Below the pieces are notes generated by a model. That model was not told the origin of the DNA. It ran no database searches and saw nothing but the letters and a program-made list of their open reading frames with translations. Position numbers and translations under genes: made by a program. Below, one piece after another: positions 48,060 through 55,770 of a stretch of 64,000 nt of DNA. Origin of the DNA: Polyangiaceae bacterium (GTDB lineage Bacteria; Myxococcota_A; Polyangia; Polyangiales; Polyangiaceae); assembly GCA_035063585.1 (NCBI GenBank), contig JAPSGB010000001.1, positions 64,001-128,000 of the forward strand, given 5' to 3'. Numbering within the stretch: the stretch's first letter is position 1; every line of letters starts with the position of its first letter.

Positions 48060-48968
48060 CTAGTTCGATATGGCGGCATTCCAGCAGAGCCCTTCATCGC
48101 AGGCGGACCACGCAGCACTCTCAGCTTGCTGATAGTATCCGTCTGCCTTTGTGGTCAAGACGGCACCACCTGCCGTGCTCGACGCCGCAACGGTCCGAGA
48201 TGTGCCCATCAAGGCCTTCCCAAGAAAGAACTCGACTATGGCCGAACCGGCCTTCACCGCCTTCACGTCAACCGGCTGGGAGAGTTCGACATCCGCGACA
48301 TTGGCCACCACGGAGTCACTCCCTACACAATTGCCGCCTACGACGACACACTGGGAAACCGAGGCGCCATTCACTCTCAACACGCTTTGCGGCACGGTCG
48401 CGACATCAACGGATTCGCTGAAAAAGAGATGAAGCATGTTCTCCTTCGCCGACAAGGATGCGCGCAGGATCCGCGGCGCGCTACCGGTGAAGAACTGCGC
48501 GGACCATGTGCCATCGTTCGCACCATCCACGAAGGCCAGCGCCGTGGAGTCGACACTGATCTCATACCACTGGTCCGCCAGCAGCGGGGCCGATAGCCGG
48601 ACCACCACGTCAAGAAGCGGGCTTCCCGGATCCTTCGGATCTAGAATCTCGACGCTCAACGGCACCGACATGCGCTGGGAGACACCAGTTAGATGAACTG
48701 CACGACCAAGATCATCCAGGTGAGCGCGAAGATTTGCCCCGTATAGCCTCGAAGTATGGAACACAAGTTTGCCATCAACGGCTACTGACGTGGCGCCGTC
48801 CTCGAAGTTCGCAGGGTCAAGCGCAGCAGCACTATCCGCCGCGCTCGAGGGGCTTTGGGGGCCACCTGACGCGGACGGGCCCGACCGGCTGAATTCGTCA
48901 GACCTCGAGCACCCGGCAAGCGCAACGAGGACAGCCGACGCAAGCCACACACTGATAATCTTTTGCAT
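48060..48968 (-). CDS. Lipoprotein with putative Ig-like beta domains (island cargo)
   Basis: AAGGGAG ribosome-binding site; VALAGC lipobox; PLLADQWYEISVD..FFTG and FSESVD resemble Big_5-type strands. Confidence 0.7.
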   Translation of the reverse strand: MQKIISVWLASAVLVALAGCSRSDEFSRSGPSASGGPQSPSSAADSAAALDPANFEDGATSVAVDGKLVFHTSRLYGANLRAHLDDLGRAVHLTGVSQRMSVPLSVEILDPKDPGSPLLDVVVRLSAPLLADQWYEISVDSTALAFVDGANDGTWSAQFFTGSAPRILRASLSAKENMLHLFFSESVDVATVPQSVLRVNGASVSQCVVVGGNCVGSDSVVANVADVELSQPVDVKAVKAGSAIVEFFLGKALMGTSRTVAASSTAGGAVLTTKADGYYQQAESAAWSACDEGLCWNAAISN

Positions 48969-48998
48969 TGCTGGACTCCCTTGCCATGAAACGCCGTC

Positions 48999-50522
48999 TC
49001 AGTGGGTAAACACGTCGACCTTTGACAACAACGATGCATTCCCCTGCGACCATGTCGCGTCGGCCGTAGCGCCCGGCTGGGTGCTTGACGTCGCGAATCC
49101 CCGACTGATCAGCTTCGACCAAGAGGACGTATTGGTGCCACAAGAACCGCTTGGCGGCGTCATGTTGTAGTCCTTGCAATGATCGTAGGGTGTGCAGAGA
49201 ATGTGCGTGCGGGGACCATTCATTATTGAATGACCACAGAACGTCGGGTCGGTGGTACCATTCCAGCTGTATTCGTCGGAAGTTGCAGAGCCGAATAGGG
49301 AGAACAAGGCATGTCCGAGTTCATGTGCATTTACGACAGGAGCCCAGAGATCTTTCCAATAGCTCGCGCATTCGAATGCCGGAAGCATCGACGCTCCGCC
49401 TAGCGATGAAGTCTGCGTTCCGCACGGATTCAGCCCGTCTGGGTTCCGGATGCATATCTTGCAACCGGTGCTGTAATAGTTGTAACAATTGTCGGTCATC
49501 GTCCCGTGTTCATCGTATAGCTGAGGGATCAGATAGACGTTGTATTGATTAATAAACTGGTTTCCGTTTGTGGCATTCAGCACAGCTACTGAAGTTGCTT
49601 TCATACGAGCGATGAAGTCATTCCACGACGGCTGCCCTACCCACGAAACCTGTGTACACACGTTGATGGAGCGCGTCTGTTTGACTTGATAAGCATGCAA
49701 GGAGAAATGCCCAGCTCCACTGTGGGACACAACCCCAATGTAGATCGTCCTCGCGGCGCCTGTCGGATACACGGTGATGGACTCGTCAGCGGCCCCGGAG
49801 ATGCTCCAATCGCTCGCTGTGCCGGTCGAGTGCGGAAACGAGTTAGAAGTGGAAGTGTACAGATCGAAGTCCCCACCAGGTGTCGTCGCTAGATGGTCGA
49901 CTGTAATGATGAGCTTCGTGTTCGCCGGCTGCGTTACGTTGAAGTATAGAACATTGCTTGTGCCGGTGAGTATGCCATCGTAGCGCCGTGATGTAGAGAT
50001 CGGCTGGGAAGACGTGATGAAGAAGCCGGAGGAACACTGCAACTGCACGGAGTCGAGCGTCTGGCGGCGCGCATATCTACCGACATTTCCATCGGCGAAC
50101 CAGCCGAGGTAAAACATCTTGGCGCCGTAGTTGGCCGTCGGTGCCGGCGTCCAACCTGATCCGGGGAGGTAGCCAGCATTGATAAAGCCCGTCAGTTGGT
50201 TGTACTCGAGGTTGTCCCCGAGGGCGAACATGTAGTCGTAGTTGGGCTCGGTCCAGAAGTACGGCTGTGCGACGCGAGCACGGAGCTTGGCCACGCTGGG
50301 CTGCATGTAGAGGCCCCAGCCGTAGTTCGTGTTGTTCCCGTAGTCAGTAGTTTGGTTGGTATCGACAGGGAAACGCTCGGTCGTTATCCGCACGGGAATG
50401 TCGGTGCCCCAAGCTCCATTCGGGCACGACTGAGCCGCCGCGGGCGCACTTGCAAGGACTCCCTCCAGAGTTGTCAGGACGAGCGACAGCCGTGACCAGG
50501 CGGATCCGGAACGCCAATGCAT
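48999..50522 (-). CDS. Secreted protein: PPC-like domain plus CLCA-like zinc metallopeptidase domain (island cargo)
   Basis: GAGGAGGAGG ribosome-binding site; signal peptide; DFDLY..DESITV..YIGV; HELGH...DEY...SIM. Confidence 0.8.
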   Translation of the reverse strand: MHWRSGSAWSRLSLVLTTLEGVLASAPAAAQSCPNGAWGTDIPVRITTERFPVDTNQTTDYGNNTNYGWGLYMQPSVAKLRARVAQPYFWTEPNYDYMFALGDNLEYNQLTGFINAGYLPGSGWTPAPTANYGAKMFYLGWFADGNVGRYARRQTLDSVQLQCSSGFFITSSQPISTSRRYDGILTGTSNVLYFNVTQPANTKLIITVDHLATTPGGDFDLYTSTSNSFPHSTGTASDWSISGAADESITVYPTGAARTIYIGVVSHSGAGHFSLHAYQVKQTRSINVCTQVSWVGQPSWNDFIARMKATSVAVLNATNGNQFINQYNVYLIPQLYDEHGTMTDNCYNYYSTGCKICIRNPDGLNPCGTQTSSLGGASMLPAFECASYWKDLWAPVVNAHELGHALFSLFGSATSDEYSWNGTTDPTFCGHSIMNGPRTHILCTPYDHCKDYNMTPPSGSCGTNTSSWSKLISRGFATSSTQPGATADATWSQGNASLLSKVDVFTH

Positions 50523-50801
50523 GACCTCCTCCTCAGCACGCGTATATCAGGTCTCTCGGTGAGTGTCGAGGTAGTTGTCGCACGTGATGTGTCTACGCCG
50601 CGCTCCGGGCGGCGTCCTCCTTCCTCCGCGGGGGGCGCGGCCGATTGAGCGTAACTGGGCCTACAGGGGCCCAGTCCCTGGTGGCGCGGATCCAGCGCTC
50701 GGGGTGGGCTCGACGGGCACGGTGACAGTACGAACTGTCGTAGAATTATCGCGGCGACGCTCTCGTGCGAGAGGTCGTCCTCGAAAACTCAACAAAATCA
50801 G

Positions 50802-50875
50802 CGCGCCCCGCAGGATTCGAACCTGCGACCACCGGATTCGAAGTCCGGTGCTCTATCCAGCTGAGCTAGGGGCGC
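50802..50875 (-). tRNA. tRNA-Arg(TCG)
   Basis: GCGCCCCTAGCTCAGCTGGATAGAGCACCGGACT-TCG-AATCCGGTGGTCGCAGGTTCGAATCCTGCGGGGCGCG; no encoded CCA. Confidence 0.96.
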
Positions 50876-51020
50876 TCGAGAGGTCCCTCACATATTAGCG
50901 GGTCGGGGCTCGGTCAAGCGCGGACTCCGCGCGGCAGCGCGCGTGCGGATGAGCGGGTGAATTTCCGCGGATTCCGCGGTCGCGATGCCTCGAGGGCGGC
51001 GCTGAGCTAGCGTGGCGGCG

Positions 51021-52676
51021 ATGCCGAGCGCCTCCGTCCCGCCCTCCGCGCGCGCGGTGGACACGCTCGCGCGGCCGCGCATCGGGGACCCGGATTTCTG
51101 GCTCTCCATCGCGTGTTGGCTGGTGGTCGCGCTCTCGGCGCTCCAGATCCTCCTCTTCTCCTTCGGGCGAGATCAGAGCATCTACGCCGTGGTCGGCGAC
51201 GGGATCTTGCACGGAAAGATGCCGTACCGGGACCTCTGGGACTTCAAGCCACCGGGCATCTTCCTCATCTACGCGGCCGCGGAGCAGCTCTTCGGGCGCA
51301 CCATGCTCGCGCCGCGCCTCCTCGAGGTGGCGGGGCTCGTGGGCGCCGTGTTCGGGCTCCGGCGGCTCGCGCACGTCTTCTTCGGGATGCGGCGCATCGG
51401 CCTGGTGGGCGGCGCGGTCGCGGCGCTCACCCACGCGCAGCTCGAGTTCTGGCACACGGGGCAGCCCGAGGCGTTCGGCGGTTTTCTCACCATCTACGCG
51501 CTGGTGCTCACGGTGAGCGAGTACGCACCCGGGCGACGCGCGCTCGCGTGGGCTGGCGCCGGTGCGCTCTTCGGTGCGGCGTTCCTCTTGAAGCCGCCGC
51601 TCGGCGGCGGCGCGCTCGTGTGCGCGGTATACCTCGCGCGACGTGAGTGGGTGCGGACCGGGAGCGCGCGCGCCGCGGCCTGGCCCGTCGTCGTGGTCGG
51701 GCTCGCGAGCCTCGCGCCGCTCCTCGCCACCGCGATGTGGTTCCGCGCCGCCGGCGCGTGGGAGGCGCTCCGCTGGACGTTCGCCGACTTCACCCCCGGC
51801 TACACGAAGCTCGGGTGGGCGGGCTCGAGCGCGGGCGGGATGTTCTATCACGCGCTCACGCTCGCCTTCACTCACTACTCGGCGCTCGCGCTCTTCGGCG
51901 TGGTCGCAGCCATCGCCATGCGAGCCATCCACACCCGCGAGCGCGAGGGGCTCGGGCTCATCCTCGGGGTGGTGAGCATCCACCTGACCGGGATCGCGAT
52001 GCAGGGGAAGTTCTTCCAGTATCACTTCTCGGCGACGCTCCCGCTCGTCGCCTTCATCGCCGGGCTCGGGCTCTACAAGCTCTGGCGGCGCTGCCTGCCG
52101 GGCGGCGCCGGCGGCGTGGTCGCGTTCGCTTCGTTCGTGGTCGTCGCGGTCTCGATGCGCCAAGCGGTGAACGATCTCCCGCACGGCTCCTTCTGGGAGC
52201 GGAGCCGAGTCCGCCTCGCGTCGCTCCTCGCCGAGCATGGGTCGGGCTCGCGCGTGCTCCTCGATCGCGACCTCTACTACGTCGCGGACTATGACCTCGA
52301 CGCTGATCGGCGCGTGGCGCTGGAGCTCGAGGCGCACACCTCGCCGAGCGCCAAGATCTTCGTATGGGGCTTCGAGCCGGGCATCTATTGGCTCTCGAAC
52401 CGCGAGCCCGCCTCGCGCTTCATCTACGACGTTCCGCAGCGGGTGAGCTGGCAGCGCGAGAGCGCGCGAGCGAGCCTCATGGAAGATCTGCGCCGAAATC
52501 CACCGGCGATGATCGTGGTGCAGCGAAATGACGTCTTCCCGTTCGTGACCGGCGACAACGTCGACTCTGCAGGCGCGCTCGCAGGGTTCCCGGCGCTCGA
52601 CGCGCTGGTACGCGACCACTACCGGCGTATGAGCGAGCTCGAGGACTTCACTCTCTATCAGCGCCTCGACGAGTAA
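51021..52676 (+). CDS. GT-C fold membrane glycosyltransferase (family 39/83-like)
   Basis: RDQSIY..PYRDLWDFKPPG loop, QPE, many TM helices, C-terminal soluble domain. Confidence 0.8.
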   Translation: MPSASVPPSARAVDTLARPRIGDPDFWLSIACWLVVALSALQILLFSFGRDQSIYAVVGDGILHGKMPYRDLWDFKPPGIFLIYAAAEQLFGRTMLAPRLLEVAGLVGAVFGLRRLAHVFFGMRRIGLVGGAVAALTHAQLEFWHTGQPEAFGGFLTIYALVLTVSEYAPGRRALAWAGAGALFGAAFLLKPPLGGGALVCAVYLARREWVRTGSARAAAWPVVVVGLASLAPLLATAMWFRAAGAWEALRWTFADFTPGYTKLGWAGSSAGGMFYHALTLAFTHYSALALFGVVAAIAMRAIHTREREGLGLILGVVSIHLTGIAMQGKFFQYHFSATLPLVAFIAGLGLYKLWRRCLPGGAGGVVAFASFVVVAVSMRQAVNDLPHGSFWERSRVRLASLLAEHGSGSRVLLDRDLYYVADYDLDADRRVALELEAHTSPSAKIFVWGFEPGIYWLSNREPASRFIYDVPQRVSWQRESARASLMEDLRRNPPAMIVVQRNDVFPFVTGDNVDSAGALAGFPALDALVRDHYRRMSELEDFTLYQRLDE

Positions 52677-52691
52677 GAGACGCTTCGCTCG

Positions 52692-54902
52692 TCACTCGAG
52701 CGTGAGCAACACCCGCTCTGGCGGTCCCTCGACCGGCACGGGCAGCGGCTCGGATTTCCTGCTGTGCCAGTAGCCGTAGAAGCGCACGCGACCGCCGCGT
52801 CGGCGCAGCTCTGCGGAGAGCGTGTAGATGAAGCCGCGCCGCCACAGCTCGGGCGCGAGCGGGAACCCGCCAGCGACGCGTCGCTCTCTCGCGTCGGCCG
52901 GGAGCCCGCTCAGCACGGGCGCGCGCTCCATCACCTCGCGGAGGCGAAACTCGAGCTCACCGGGCATGGGTCCGGGAGCCTTGAAGTACAAGGTGAGCCG
53001 CGGTGCGGGCCCCGCGTCGAGCACCTGTCCGAGCAACGTGACGCCGTCGTCATAAGCGATCGCGGTGGAGCGGTCGAGCTCGGCGAGCAGCTCGCTCTCC
53101 AGCTGGTCCGCGATACCCGTCTCGCCGGACTCCACCGCGATGTTGAACGCGACGCGCCGCTGCTCGCGAGTGCGCGCGTGGCCGTCGGGCGGCGGGTTCG
53201 GCGTCTGCGCGAAGTGCGCGCGGAGCTCCCAGGTGAGCCAGGCGTCTCTTCGGATCTCGAGCGCCGGCTCGTCCGGCAGCCGAAAGTAGCCCTCGAGGAG
53301 GCCGGGCGCCCGCCGCTCGAAGACGTATCCCTCGAGGAGCGCGCGCGGGGCGCCGTGGTCGACGAGCCAGAACGGCCCGGCCACGTCCACCGCCGCCGAG
53401 CGCGCGAGCTCGGTGAGCCGTGCCGACTTCGCGGCGCGTGAGTCGAGCAAGGTGAAGCCGGCCGAGCTCCGGCCCTTCTTGCCGACGATGGGCTGCCCCA
53501 CGTTCCACGCGTCCGAGAGCTCGCGCCCGAGGCCAGCGCCGAGCGCGACGGTGGTCGGGCCGGCGGTGCGACCACGAAGCCAAAGGAGCGCGGCTGTGCG
53601 CTCGGGCGCGCGATCGAGCAGGAGCCCGTCAGAGCCGGCGCGGAGCGCCAGATGCCGCGCCGCGCCCGCCGCCGCGCGGCGCTCGACGGCGATGAGGAGC
53701 GGCGCGGCGAGCAGCACGCCGAAGATGGCGGACGGGACCGTGAGCGACGATGGGCGACGGCCGAGCCGGCGCATGAGCCAGCGCGCCGCGTCGAGCGCGG
53801 TCGCGGCGAGCACACCGAGCCCCAGCGCGAAGGCGGGCGCGAAGTAGAAGGGCCAGAAGACGCGCACGCCGTCCGACGGCGACACCCAGCGATGATCCGC
53901 GACGGCCATGGCGAGCACCGCGAGCACGATGAGCTCGGGCTCGCGACGAGCCAACAAGACCCTCCCGAGGGTGAGCGGGAGCGCGAGCCAGCCGATCCAG
54001 ATCGCGAGCGGCGTGAGCGAGACAGCCTGCCAGTAGTCGCGGCGCAGGAGCTCCGCCGCGCTCGGTATGGCGCTCGCGCGCATCCGCTCGAGCGCGCCCG
54101 TAAGGAAGCCGGGGAGCGCTCCCGCCTTGTGGAGCAGCGCGGCGTGAGCGAGGAAGGCGAGGATGGTGAGACCACCGGCGAGCGCCCACCACTCGGCGAA
54201 GCGCCGCGCATCGACGGGTGGGAAGTAGCGACGGAGCGGCGTGCTGCTCCGTACCAAGGACCAGCCGAGCATGACGGCCATGAACGCGTACGCGCACCAG
54301 TCGGAGGTCACCGCTACGGCGAGCCCGGCGAGCGTCACCGCGAGCCAGCGTCTCCGCCAGGTCTGCTGCATCCTGAGATAGCCCCACGCCGAGGTGAGCA
54401 CGCCGGCCACGGCGAGGGTCGCGGCGGCGTCGCAAGTTGCGTAGGCCGCGATCACCGGCAAGGCCGCGAAGGTGAGCGCGGCGAGGGCGGCGGAGACGGG
54501 GCCAAAGAGCGCGCGAGACACCGCGTGGAGCAGCGGCGGGATCGCGAGGCAGCCGAGCGCGGCGGGGAGCCGGAGCGCGAGCGCGCTCGTGCCGCCGAGC
54601 TTCACGACCAGCGCAGAGAGGAAGAACGGGCCGAGCGGCCGCTGCCAGGCGTACTCCGACACGGCGGGCGAGCTCACCGTGTAGTGGGTGACCGGGGCGA
54701 GGAGGTGATGATGCCAGGCGTTGTCGGCAGCCACGCCGAGGCTGGCGGGCAGGCCGGCGAGCCCGACGCCGAGCGGCCCCGCGATCCCACGCAGCGCCAC
54801 GCTCGCGACCCAAGCGGTGGCGAGCGCGGTGACGACGCGCGCGGCGCGCTCGACCCGGGGGTCGGCCGCGGGGAGACCGCGCGCGTCAGCCTGGTCGACC
54901 AT
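52692..54902 (-). CDS. GT-C (ArnT/PMT-like) membrane protein, paralog of 55771..57969
   Basis: Polytopic; collinear similarity to the divergently transcribed paralog over the full length. Confidence 0.75.
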   Translation of the reverse strand: MVDQADARGLPAADPRVERAARVVTALATAWVASVALRGIAGPLGVGLAGLPASLGVAADNAWHHHLLAPVTHYTVSSPAVSEYAWQRPLGPFFLSALVVKLGGTSALALRLPAALGCLAIPPLLHAVSRALFGPVSAALAALTFAALPVIAAYATCDAAATLAVAGVLTSAWGYLRMQQTWRRRWLAVTLAGLAVAVTSDWCAYAFMAVMLGWSLVRSSTPLRRYFPPVDARRFAEWWALAGGLTILAFLAHAALLHKAGALPGFLTGALERMRASAIPSAAELLRRDYWQAVSLTPLAIWIGWLALPLTLGRVLLARREPELIVLAVLAMAVADHRWVSPSDGVRVFWPFYFAPAFALGLGVLAATALDAARWLMRRLGRRPSSLTVPSAIFGVLLAAPLLIAVERRAAAGAARHLALRAGSDGLLLDRAPERTAALLWLRGRTAGPTTVALGAGLGRELSDAWNVGQPIVGKKGRSSAGFTLLDSRAAKSARLTELARSAAVDVAGPFWLVDHGAPRALLEGYVFERRAPGLLEGYFRLPDEPALEIRRDAWLTWELRAHFAQTPNPPPDGHARTREQRRVAFNIAVESGETGIADQLESELLAELDRSTAIAYDDGVTLLGQVLDAGPAPRLTLYFKAPGPMPGELEFRLREVMERAPVLSGLPADARERRVAGGFPLAPELWRRGFIYTLSAELRRRGGRVRFYGYWHSRKSEPLPVPVEGPPERVLLTLE

Positions 54903-55003
54903 GCCGCGCGGAGGCTATCAGAGTCGGCAGCGCGGCGTCGAACCCGGGGCGCGCGCCTCGCTGTTCACCGCGAGGGATCGGCGCTATAGGTGCCGCTCCG
55001 AGC

Positions 55004-55759
55004 ATGAAGGAGCACACCGAGAGCGCCGGCTCGCGACTCGGCGAGGGGACGTTGATCGTCACGCCGACCTACAACGAGCGCGACAACCTCGAGAGGTTCC
55101 TCGCCTCGGTGCTCCGGGTCGCGCCGGGCGCGCACGTCCTCGTGGTAGACGACGCCTCACCGGACGGCACCGGCGAGCTCGCCGACCGCCTCGCCGAGGC
55201 GGACCCGCGCGTCCGCGTGATGCATCGCCCGGGCAAGCGCGGGCTCGGCACGGCTTACGTCGAAGGTTTCCGCAAGGGACTCGACGAGGGCTACCGCTTC
55301 TTCTTCGAGATGGACGCGGATCTCTCGCACGATCCCATCTACCTGCCGGCCTTCTTCGCGGCGTTCGACCGCGGCGCGGACGTGGTGGTCGGCTCGCGCA
55401 ATATCCCGGGCGGCGGCGTGGAGGGCTGGGGCCTCGGCCGCACCGTCTTGAGCAAGGGAGGCTCGATCTACTCGCGAGTGATCCTGGGGGTGGGCGTCCG
55501 TGATCTGACCACCGGTTACAAGGGGTTTACTCGGCGCGCGCTCGAGCTCATCGAGCTCGAGCAGGTGCGCTCGAACGGCTACTCGTTCCAAATCGAGACG
55601 ACCTACCGCGCGCTCCGTCGCGGGCTCCGCGTGCGCGAGGTGCCCATCGTCTTTTTCGACCGGCGCGCGGGCAAGAGCAAGATGAGCCGCCGCGTGTTCG
55701 CCGAGGCGGTCAGCATGGTGTGGAAGCTCCGGCTCGCCGCGCTGCGCGGCGCGCTATAG
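55004..55759 (+). CDS. Polyprenol monophosphomannose synthase-like GT2
   Basis: PTYNERDNL, VDDASPDGTG, GLGTAY, EMDADLSH, SNGYSFQIE. Confidence 0.92.
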   Translation: MKEHTESAGSRLGEGTLIVTPTYNERDNLERFLASVLRVAPGAHVLVVDDASPDGTGELADRLAEADPRVRVMHRPGKRGLGTAYVEGFRKGLDEGYRFFFEMDADLSHDPIYLPAFFAAFDRGADVVVGSRNIPGGGVEGWGLGRTVLSKGGSIYSRVILGVGVRDLTTGYKGFTRRALELIELEQVRSNGYSFQIETTYRALRRGLRVREVPIVFFDRRAGKSKMSRRVFAEAVSMVWKLRLAALRGAL

Positions 55760-55770
55760 AGGGGGCCCGA

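Larger units (their letters stand above)
47294..50842. mobile_element. 3.5 kb genomic island integrated at tRNA-Arg(TCG); no integrase
   Basis: Flanking 42-bp direct repeats; visibly lower GC and A/T-ending codons from about 47.75 to 50.6 kb. Confidence 0.85.
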
